A DNA stretch of 58,288 bases, the filler included, from Sphacelaria rigidula (taxonomy: Eukaryota): the NCBI GenBank assembly GCA_964200075.2. It is 8 parts of 8 records of this genome, joined end to end, with 100 filler letters (N's around TTAATTAATTAA, not from the genome) between each part and the next. Parts side by side here need not be neighbours in the genome. Positions count along the whole stretch, not along the records: positions 1 to 7,199 come from CAXNAA020015999.1; positions 7,300 to 14,498 come from CAXNAA020016000.1; 6 more parts are not named here. The stretch is one strand, 5' to 3'. This document shows positions 1-9,705 of this stretch, piece by piece. The notes beneath the pieces were generated by a model, which did no database searches, was not told the origin of the DNA, and saw only the letters and a program-made list of their open reading frames with translations. The position numbers and the translations under genes are program-made. Within the stretch, counting starts at the first letter, position 1. Each line of letters begins with the position of its first letter.

Positions 1-292
1 AACTTTCGGCCGGAAAAAAACACCCCCCCCCGCCCCCGGCCTGGGTACCCGGTTTCGCGTTTTTTTGCGCGCTTGCGTTTTTTTTTTTGCGATAGCCATG
101 ATGGTGATGAGCTAGACCATATCGTGCGGGATGGGAGAACCTCAATTCCGCGCAAAGGGGATGATCATACTACGTGGTGTTTAAATGGTGATACACCCAT
201 GAGACAGTGTAACCCGTAGCTGTCTCTGAACGTGGTGATAACAGAAAATGAAGCTACTCATTGGAGGCTGTCATATAGATGCAAGATAACAA

Positions 293-506
293 GTATGCTT
301 CGGGCCGAACAATCTTAGCAGCATGCAGCTCACCCTTCATGCGACTCGCCGAAGACATCACGGCGCTTCACGCTTGGTGATAGATTGCAAGTCTGGTCGG
401 GCGAAAACCCGGCGTGCTCCGTCCTGGCTTCGTAGGGATGCGAGGTCAATGATCCTATGACTACGGCATGTAAGATCATGACTATCGCCCCTTTCCCCAC
501 CCACCC
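293..506 (+). mobile_element. Non-LTR retroelement 3' end with C-rich tail (second copy inverted at 42130-42355)
   Basis: About 200 bp is clearly homologous to the reverse complement of 42160-42355. The last ~80 nt align with the LINE 3' end at 6055-6135. Confidence 0.65.
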
Positions 507-1522
507 TTCGTAAGTTTCGCCCGCCGGTGATGACGTTTTGACCATTATACTGTCGCGTGACCATTATACTGTCGCCTCCCGCATATCTGTGATACGAGCC
601 ACCTCGAAAATTTCGAGGTAGGGCTCAGCAATAGGATTGGTGATAACAACTTCATGTGTTGCGTTGTGCTAGGGTCGGGTTTTTTGTCGGGGTGGTGGGT
701 TTGTGGATGAAGTTGATGTTGATACAGGTTCCGGTTTGGAATGCTTGATTGTCCATGCGTAAGATTCGAGAACCTGGTGTCTGACCCTGTTGGACTGAGT
801 AAGGTACGATGGATGTCCACAAATAAGGTAAATCGTGAGTTTCGATAGGTGAGGTTGACCACGTCGTATTTGCGTCTTCGGCGTGAGCACTATTAGGTGC
901 GGTTGTTCGGGTGATTGCGAGACACCCCACCCGATTCCGCCGTTTGTATTGATCAATATTTGTCAACGTAATCAAGACGTACCTTGCTGCCAAATGTGTC
1001 TGTCAGAGACAGCGATGACGGGACGCATCGGGGTGCACGTGCTTGGGGTCGACACAATGATACGTGCAAGGCCGACGTGCCCCCCGGTGGTGTATGATGG
1101 GGTAACTGGACCCCCAATAGGGTGGAAAGAACGCCCGTTAGGTTTTTGCCAGATCCGTTTGGGTTTTGTCTTCAAAGTACATTTTCTGATTTTCCGCCGA
1201 TGAAAGCGTGAGAAAGTGCGTAGTAGCAAAAGTAGCTGACCGAGTTTCCTTGACGAGAGTCGACGCGGTACGGGAGTATGGGTCATGATCCAACCCGCGT
1301 TACCATACAAAAATGCAAGTCGTGTACTGTACCGAGGGGGGGGGAGGGAGATGGATCGAATAGTTGATCGGTCCCTGGAGAACACGGGCTCGTTTCGAGA
1401 AAGGGCAGGGATTAGAAGTGTGGCGAATGAAAGGAAACACCCCGCGATGACAGTGATGGATGGATGATGACTGTTCTTGTTGTTTACTTATTGTTGTTGT
1501 CGTCATTGTCGTTTTGCATCAG

Positions 1523-1620
1523 GTGGTCCGGCGGTTCTTGCACCCCCCTCACGGCGCCTCATGGATGGACGTGGAGGTGAAGGACTGCCGGGAAGCCGCC
1601 AACCCATCCGATGGAACCAG
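1523..1620 (+). CDS. TPP2: Tripeptidyl-peptidase II homolog, internal exon A (VVRRFLHPPHGASWMDVEVKDCREAANPSDGT)
   Basis: Acceptor ttttgcatcag|GTG and donor AG|gtcaat. The peptide resembles the TPP2 central-domain motif RR(F/Y)I.VP.GATW.E. It ends in phase 2, matching exon B. Confidence 0.8.
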
Positions 1621-2294
1621 GTCAATGAAACAGTCTGGTTTGGATACCGGCTACTGCGCTCTGCCTCGAAACTTATTTGTTTGTAGTAACCGTCGTCGTT
1701 GTTGCAACGTACTGCCCAGACGGAATATAATACCGGCGAGTAGAGGCTGACAACTGCATCAATGCTGGCTGCCGGCCATGCCGTAGTCGTTTTTTCCTGG
1801 ATGGTGTTCGTGTTGATCGACGCTTTTGTTTGTTGCATGACGTCAGCGCAGTTCCACCGTCGAGACCCCCTGTCACTGCGGTGAGGTATACGAGTTGGAC
1901 CGGCAAAGAAACCCGCAATTCTTCGGCACACGATAATTGAAAAAGTTTATGTAAGTATATACCGCCGTGAACGGCAGATCAACTTCGCTGATACCACTTT
2001 CTGCCGCTAAACGGAGACAGATGATGTACTACACATGAATTGAGCTCAAGGACGGAACCGGATTCCGCGAAAAAGAAAAGGTATCTGTCGGGAGTTGAAC
2101 TCGTGGCTTTTTTCCGACACTGAATGAAGTCTCCTGTACCAGTTGGACAGCAGGGTGCAGCAGTGCCACACGAAAACTTGAATGCGCTGCCGAATTTTAG
2201 GACTTTTGAGCCGAATTTTCGCAAGGAACTCCTGAACCCAAATTCATAAATTGTTTCGGTAGCAGCTAGATTTTCTTTTTCTTGGGCCATGTGC

Positions 2295-3227
2295 AAAAAA
2301 AGGTACACCCTGGTGCTTTTGGAACAAAAAAGGGTAACATATTTCTCGGTTTGGGGCGCGGCACTGCACGCGGGCTGAACACCTCGAAAACACGTTTTTC
2401 TAGCGCCTCGGTCCCACGCATGGGATGTCTGGGCAGCATGCCCGACCATTATTTTCTATTTTCACACGTGGTACTAGGCTTGACTACGGCGCGGAAAAGG
2501 ACAGCCTGTAAGAGTACCCCTCTTTGTCAACAAACTAGAAGGGTGCACCTTGCTCTCTGCTGAAAAATGATATATTACCCCTTTTTCTTCACGTGTGGAC
2601 CCTTTAATGCTACGGTGCGTGAAAAGGGTGAAGAATCTTGCCGACGCACACGCCCAAACGGCATCTCACATGTTCGTTTGATGTTTGTGAGCTGCGGCAC
2701 ACAGGCGTTCTTGTCCTGTATGCATCGCCGGATCTTCGTGGTCTACAGCCCAACCACAAGGGGGTTACAATTTATGGGTCGTTCGGTTGCGGCCTTCATG
2801 GCAGGGTGTAGAGGAATGGGTATGGTTGTGACTGTTCGGCATATCTCATGCGGAGCCGGCGGCCACTACTTCACGAAAAGGGTGAATGAAGAAGGGAAGG
2901 AGGGTATGCACTTGAGCATTAAAGGGTTCACACGTGAACGAAATGGCAAATGGATCATTTTTTAGCAGAAAAGCATGATGCACCCTCCTGCTTCGTTTAC
3001 ACAAACGGGGTACTCTCACAGGCTGTTCTTTTCCGCGCCGTAGTCAAGGTTAGTACCACGTGTGAAAACAAAAAAAATGGTGGGGCATGCTACCCAGACA
3101 CGTAGGGCGTGGGGCTGAGGCGCTGAAACGTGTTTCCGAGGTGTTCAGCCCGCGTGGAGCGATGTGCCCCAAACCGAGAACTGTGTTACCCTGTGATGTC
3201 CCAAAAGCACCAGGGTGTACCCTTTTT
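2295..3227. mobile_element. Foldback/MITE-like element with ~325-bp inverted arms, inside the TPP2 intron
   Basis: 2295-2620 is the imperfect reverse complement of 2906-3227 (e.g. aaggtacaccctggtgcttttgg / ccaaaagcaccagggtgtaccc; tgactacggcgcggaaaag / cttttccgcgccgtagtca). Confidence 0.85.
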
Positions 3228-3849
3228 CGTATATTGCACTTTCCTTTTCATCGATTTATGGAGGGGTTTTTTCCCCCGGCAATTTCCACTCCCTGGATAG
3301 TACATGTGGTAAAATACGTAATAGAAAAACATATACTCCGTAAATTTCAGGTCGACAATAGTTGCAGTAGCTATACTTCACGCAGTACATTTTTTTACAA
3401 TATATTTTTTGGCGAGCTATTGTCCGGAGCGTGGAACTTTTTAGGTTGCTCTAACTCTCAGTTTTTCTTTTCTTTTCTTGGCTGCTTCCGCTACCTGCCG
3501 CGTATTGATGATACAAATCTCGTGTTGAAGTTTCAGCTTTTAACTCCTGAAATTAAGCAGGGCAAAACCGTTCAACCACCAATCGAAAAATTCTTGGCTG
3601 ACGCAGCTTGTATATGCACACACATATGTGAATGTACCACGGGTACGCTTGCGCCGGTAACCACGAGCGTTCTAAGAAAAGAGTGAACGGTCAACAGAAT
3701 GAAAGTCAGAGCTTGGCTTGGCAGCAATACTGTCGGGGTGAAGCAGTGAGCAGTGACTTATTGTGGTAACCTTTCGCATGGATAGTAGCGTCGATCATAT
3801 AGTACATGATCTTTTTTCGGATTATCTGCCGTGCCGCATGCATGTTACC

Positions 3850-3850
3850 G

Positions 3851-3909
<59 letters not shown>
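3850..3909. repeat. (GTT)20 microsatellite, possibly the (AAC)n tail of a minus-strand retroposon at ~3910-4240
   Basis: Perfect trinucleotide run seen directly; the tail interpretation is inference. Confidence 0.95.
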
Positions 3910-4273
3910 ATTTATTATATAGGTCCTCTCCCAGAGATCAAGCGCCCCTGTTCACAAAGCTATCGTACAAAGAGATAGACCATAAGGAAAGAAATAATTA
4001 GTATGCCGACAAACATGAACACACGGCGCCCCGGAGAGTGGGGTTTTACACACACGTTAGCGAACAAAATGAGGTACAAGTATGCGAGGATATACAGACG
4101 TTTTTCTTCCAACGAAAATATTAAGATACCTTTTGCTACACAGCACGCGGGCCATATAAGAATGAGAAGCCAGAATAGGGGAGTAACACAGTCAGGACAG
4201 GGTAAAAATGAGAACACACACCCCCTGACCCGCACCCGGTGGCGTCTGTTTTCATGTGTTTGTCATGTTCCAG

Positions 4274-4373
4274 GCGGATGATGGTGCTCCACTGTTTGCA
4301 GCTGCTGCCCCACACCCCGTACAGAGATGCAGAGTGCCAGAAGTACTTGAACATGCATCCTGGACAACGAGAG
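4274..4373 (+). CDS. TPP2: TPP2 homolog, internal exon B (RRMMVLHCLQLLPHTPYRDAECQKYLNMHPGQRE)
   Basis: Acceptor gttccag|G and donor GAG|gtaagg. Resembles TPP2 FVLHAVQL.....YR..E..K. Phase compatible with exons A and C. Confidence 0.85.
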
Positions 4374-5719
4374 GTAAGGTATCCAGAGGGTACACTGCGC
4401 TCAGCGCACGACAGTTTTTGTTTTCTCCCTTCGGCGCGATCGAATGATCGAAGTGACGTGAGAAAAAAAAATAGAACGGAAAGTGTGTGGATTCAATTGG
4501 TTATTGACCGTAGGTTATTGAGGGATGACGTGTCGATCACGACCATTGCGTCATCCGGTACTTGGTCGTTGCTGATCATGAGGGCAGTAAAGCACCGAAC
4601 ATGGGCAAAAATGGATGACTATTATGAAACGTGTGGGCCGTCCGTCTTTCCGGTCGTTTGTTTGAGCTGTTGTCCGGGAATGATTATTACCCTGGGAGAT
4701 GGTGCAGGTTCATTGTACTGGTCATCCTTCAGCAGGGCAGGCGGGGGAGGCGGTGCCGAGCCGATAGTGTCTCGAAACTGCTTTTTTTTATTATCTCTCT
4801 CTCTCTCTCCCTCTCTCTTTTCAGATACAGTTAGTTGTTATTGTTGTGTTGTAGTTGTTCACCGTTAAGCATCACGCACGTGCTCACCTGACCCCATGTG
4901 GTTTTCTCTTTCCAATATACGTTTTCGCATCCTCTGCAACAAATGGAAAATCACTGAGCTACTCTTGGGTGATGACAAGTTTGTGCAAGCTGTTAATTGT
5001 TTGCCTGTCAAACGTTGAACTGAGAGAATCTGTGCTACTACTTGCTGTGGCTGCCTGCCTGTACACAACTCCCGTATCAGAAACTGCGCCACTGTGCAAA
5101 CGTTATCGTCTTGCACATAACTACCAGTTCGTCACTTAAATATCAGCCCAACTGGTGGAACGTCCCTCTTGTCCCAAGGCGTGAGCCAAGTTTTGACTCT
5201 GCTGACCAGTGGACGGAGGGACGCTCACCCCAACCGCCAACCAAATCCAATTGTTGACATATTCTTCTGTCGAAGCCTAGCTCTGACCCTAGCCTGAAAT
5301 CCAACGTAGGTTCAAGCCATGGTGGGGGTGCTCGGAAAAACCTCAGGTTTGAATAATGTTAGCCCTGTTATCTCACCCCCAAGAACGAGTCGTGAAATAT
5401 GTGAGAGCGCACCACGATTCCGATGGACTAGGATTATATCTCGAATGAGTTCCAGAACAGGGATATCCTGACCCGTGTTCTTTTGTAGATCTCAACTTTG
5501 GAAGCCCCTTAGCGACAAGCATTTGGGCCCAAATATGCAACCCCTAGCGGGGCATGACCCTGTGAGATATGTCGAGAAACCTTTGACAAGAGGGGCGCAA
5601 AGGGTGCTGAAGTTTGCGTTGACAGAGTTCCATCGGCATTGCAGGCGCCGATTTGGTCAATATTGCGTGTACTGCACACGCTGGCAAATCAAAGTGACTG
5701 CCCCCCCCCCCCCCCAATT

Positions 5720-6141
5720 TTGGTTGGGGGACCTGGACCTGCCAGAAAGGAGGAAGTAGATGGACAGAACTGCCTCTGTGGCAAAGCAATAGAGAGCATA
5801 CGTTCTAGCGAACGTGAACTATACAAGGAGGAACGGGATGTGCTAGAGCGGGAAATGCGGAACGTGAACGAAGGTGGCATGAAATCGTTTGATGCATTCG
5901 ACAGTAGGGAGAAAACGATGGTTATACTAGGAGATAGATAGTGGCCACAGACTGCGAAGCAGGACGCGGATAAGGCATGTAAGGGTTTTTGTGCAATATA
6001 TGGAAGAAACGGCATGAGCGCCGGAATGTTGAAGGTGTCTCCATTAGGAGTAGGAACGGTGCTCCGTCTCGAAAGGGATGCATGGTCAATGGTCAAACGA
6101 CTAAGGCAAGCAACAAATGAATACGCCCCCCCTGCCCCCCC
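5720..6141 (+). mobile_element. 5'-truncated LINE, ORF2 C-terminal remnant ending in a C tract
   Basis: Decayed reading GDLDLPERRK..CLCGKAIES..ELYKEERDVLE..ILGDR*WPQ..CNIWKKR..GAPSRKGCMVNGQTTKASNK*, which resembles a post-RT zinc-finger region. The same 3' end recurs inverted at 29197-29267. Confidence 0.6.
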
Positions 6142-6412
6142 TCACACATACACCCATCCACCCACCCACGCAAAGATCCGAATGTGATGGTCGACACTCG
6201 AACCCGAATACTTCGTCAACCATGGAAAATTGGCAACGGGTTCTATCATGGACAGAAAACTCTATTAGCGTGATACAAGGCGGACACCCAACGGGTGTTG
6301 TACGTATTAAGTATTCGGAACCGCGGGTCGTCAGCGGTGAGGCCAATGTGACGGAGAAAAAACACGATTCTTGCTCTCGCGGTACGTACGGACCCACCGC
6401 CCTTCGTTTCAG

Positions 6413-6536
6413 GTGTTCTCCATGCGATTGGAGCCATGTGCTGGCGTAGAGATCAGCCTAGCCCAGAATTGGAACTCGATCGGTGCGCAAGAGGCGGAGG
6501 TTTCCGTGACCTTCAGAGGCGTATCTCCATCCCCAG
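6413..6536 (+). CDS. TPP2: TPP2 homolog, internal exon C (VFSMRLEPCAGVEISLAQNWNSIGAQEAEVSVTFRGVSPSP)
   Basis: Acceptor cgtttcag|GTG and donor CCAG|gttagg. Resembles TPP2 E.C.A..W.S........I.F.G. Starts in phase 0 and ends in phase 1. Confidence 0.85.
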
Positions 6537-7088
6537 GTTAGGTCGATTTATGAATACCGACAGTGGTGTTTCTCTTGTAGTGGACAGCGGTCACAGTGCA
6601 TACCCAAATTTCTTGTTTTTTCTACCTGCCCTGCCGATGCTGTAAAACGAGCATCCTCGCCCTTTATTTGTCTTCTTGGGGTGAAATGAACTAAAGTCGC
6701 CGAGGACACTGCATTTTAAGCTAAAAAAAACGATGTTGTGACGGTCGGGATTCACTGATCATTACCAAATTCACGATTTCAGAGCCATGATTGTTCGAAA
6801 GAGAGGACAAATTGACCGCGGGTCAAAATGCCTCTAAGAACTCAAATTATTTGCGCTGTTCCACGTGCCTGGGGTACCAAACCCAAGGATTGATTTTGTA
6901 CGGTACGAATCAATTGCACTAAAACTGAGTAGTTTTACGCATCATGATTCATCAGACCCTTGCAGTACAGACACGAACATCGTGGGACATTTTTTTGTGC
7001 TACTTTTTTTGTGTCGTTGATTCTTACATAAGTACGCGCATGTGTTTGTGTTGCCCCTTTGCCGCGTTTTCTTGTTCGTTTTTCGCAG

Positions 7089-7126
7089 ATTCCATCAACT
7101 TGCATGGGGGCTGCTCGCATGCACAT
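7089..7126 (+). CDS. TPP2: TPP2 homolog, short internal exon D (DSINLHGGCSHAH)
   Basis: Strong polypyrimidine tract plus cgcag|AT acceptor, and CAT|gtgagt donor. The phase-1 junction with exon C gives GAT (Asp). Exons A-D sum to 360 nt (120 codons) with no stop. Confidence 0.75.
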
Positions 7127-7199
7127 GTGAGTGATGAGGACCGACGCCCGGATGGGTAGGGTGACTCGTGTACAGAGTCGAGCTAGGGGACATTGTAGG

Positions 7200-7299
7200 N
7201 NNNNNNNNNNNNNNNNNNNNNNNNNNNNNNNNNNNNNNNNNNNTTAATTAATTAANNNNNNNNNNNNNNNNNNNNNNNNNNNNNNNNNNNNNNNNNNNN
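7200..7299. other. Artificial contig linker N44-TTAATTAATTAA-N44 (also at 14499-14598, 21798-21897, 29097-29196, 36395-36494, 43693-43792, 50991-51090)
   Basis: Identical 100-bp spacer carrying stops in all six frames, separating contigs of 7199/7198 bp. Confidence 0.99.
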
Positions 7300-7768
7300 A
7301 ACCTGGCACGTTTGTATATTAGCATTTGTACATAGAGGAAGCACCGCTTTGGCGGGCTGCAGCATCGGGTGGCGAGTTTGCCAAGCCACACCGTACATAC
7401 AGCATAGTATGGCTGAACCCAGCGAAATTCCGTCACCACATGTGGAAGGCACAGTGGGTTGTGCGGGCGGTATATGACGGGCGTAATCGCAGGCGTCCAA
7501 ACAGGCGATATACATGTACAGGGGAGGGAGCCAACGGGCACCGCCTACCGTAATCAGGCCAGATGAAATACACTACAGTCAGTAAATACAGTAGGTTACA
7601 GTATTGACTTGCGGCTACACTCCGTGCAAGATAAATATGGGCATGTCGTGAAAAGTCGGCCACGAGAGTAGACGGCACGAGGCGATAGCGGTAGCCGGCG
7701 TCATGAATCTCATGCAGCATGAAGTATGTCTGTGCAACGGTCGCATCCTGGTATCTTATCAAGAGCAT

Positions 7769-8012
7769 ACCGTGCCCCCCGGTAACGGTACGGGAATCTC
7801 ACAGAACTCACAGAACTATCGGGTACGGGTATGAAGGTCTTACAGAGATTACAGAACTGTCGGCTACCGGTATGGAAATCTCACCGAGTTTACAGAACTG
7901 TCGGGTACCGGTATGGAAATCTCACAGAGTTTACATAACTGTCGGGTACGGTAAATACCCGGAAAAATACCCCGGGTATACAGAAAACCGTACCCTACAG
8001 AACACGGCCTTG
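7769..8012. repeat. ACAGAACT/CGGGTAC subterminal-type repeat array, copy 1 (end of a non-autonomous DNA element)
   Basis: Repeated acagaactgtcgggtaccggtatgg units ending ccgtaccctacagaacacggccttg; the same end occurs in copy 2. Confidence 0.75.
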
Positions 8013-8685
8013 GTGTTATCATCACCCCCGTGGCGGGACGTGCGTCACTACAACAGTGGCGAAATACAGATGACAATTCACGAACACTCTCAACGGCTTT
8101 CACGGGGTTGATACAGAAAGACTACATGAACAGTCGCAGTAGTACATGGATCGTCAACATCTATCGGTTCCACGTACACTCTCAGAGAGTACATGAAGGG
8201 ACATTCACGACTGCCCGTTCTCTGGGAGCCCTTCGGCACGCGACAAAATCGCCGACGACCTTGACGACTTTCAGTGACAGCTCATATACTCTGTGCTGGA
8301 CATGTCGATAAGGGCCTGCGGTTTGATGACCACGACACAACCACCATCAACGTCGATGACGTGCGTTTTGCTACTTGATCCTCTGGTGGCGCAGATGAAC
8401 CGCCCCCGCTCGAGACACCACTCGCGAGTCTGGGGGTGATTGATCCTGACGGTCTGCAGGGCTGATCATGTTCTGTGTTCCCACTCAGCGGTACTTCGTA
8501 TCCCGTCACATCCCAAACTGAACAAGTTTTGTTTTTCAACATTGAATGATTTTTGGTGTGCAGTTTTGAATGAAGGAGTTGGGTGGGTTGATCGACGGGA
8601 GGTAAGATCATGAGGTTTTGTTTGGATTGAACCTACATCCGTACCTCCCCAAGGTACATACCTGTGCTCATAACTGCAGTCGGGT

Positions 8686-9154
8686 ATATCTATAACGGTA
8701 TACCCGAACCCCGGGTAGGAGTATGGGAGGCTTACAGAGCTCACAGAACTGTCGGGTACCGGTACCGTTATAAAAGTCTTACAGAAATTACAGAAATTGT
8801 CGGGTACCGGTACAGGAGGCTTACAGAAAACCGGTACCGGCAAGCGGGTATTTCTTCAAGAGCATACCCGCGCTCCGGGTACGGGTAAACATTCTGTACA
8901 GGGCTCACAGAACTGTCGGGTAAGGGTATGGGAGGCTTACAGAACTCACAGAAACTGTCGGGTAGGGTATAGAGGTTGCACAGAAAACCTTACCCGTGCC
9001 CCACGGTAACGGTACGGGGGGCTTACAGAGATTACAGAACTGTCGGGTACCGGTATGAAAGTCTTGAAGAAGTCACAGAACTGTCGGGTACGGTAAATAC
9101 CCGGCAAAATACCCCGGGTAAACAAAAAACCGTACCCTGCAGAACACAACCTTG
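8686..9154. repeat. ACAGAACT/CGGGTAC subterminal-type repeat array, copy 2 (hAT-like terminus CAGAACACAACCTTG)
   Basis: Same unit as 7769-8012; ends ccgtaccctgcagaacacaaccttg. The superfamily assignment is inference. Confidence 0.75.
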
Positions 9155-9438
9155 ACACATTGTGTTCTTGGCAAGGTTTCAAAGTTTCTTCGTTCTCCCT
9201 CCGGGGGTCCCAGCATAAAGGCCCCCGGAAACCGGTACAGTATGCCTAAACACCAAAATTTTGACACCTTAGGGTTAGTGGTATCCCGAGGAACATGCGT
9301 ATCAATTCTCGTTGCTCAACTCGAAATACTGAATCGGCTGGGTCTTTCACCGTAAAAACAACCCTCAAGAAGGGCGATTCTGTACTTCAATCAACTAATT
9401 AGGGGGGCACGCAAACTTCAGCGCACGTTTTGGCATTT

Positions 9439-9705
9439 TCTCACGCGAGTTTTTCGAGTTAGACCACGAAGATTTGCACACATGTTCTGGAGGGCACTAT
9501 CTAAAACTCAAAAACCGTTTTTATTTTTCGTTTTCTTTGTTGGTGGGTTTTTATCCAAGGTCGCGGTTGACCTACTTGACCTGGGGAGGGGTCAGATCCC
9601 GACTATCTCGACACCAAAGAAAAAAATGATATTCGAGTTTTAGACAGTGCCCTCAAGAACATGTGTGCACATATTCGTGGTCTAACTCGAAAAAACGGCG
9701 TGAGG
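9439..9705. repeat. Inverted repeat (~90-bp arms), MITE/foldback remnant
   Basis: ttttcgagttagaccacgaa...cacacatgttct..agggcactatctaaaactc versus gagttttagacagtgccct..agaacatgtgtg...ttcgtggtctaactcgaaaa. Confidence 0.8.

Noticed and set aside
7244..7255. TTAATTAATTAA as a biological periodic repeat (~7.3-kb spacing)
   Set aside because: It is an assembly linker embedded in N runs.
7769..9154. CRISPR or coding repeat (ORFs with ELSGTG/RTVGYG peptides)
   Set aside because: Irregular spacing and no spacers; the ORFs are by-products of a subterminal repeat array.
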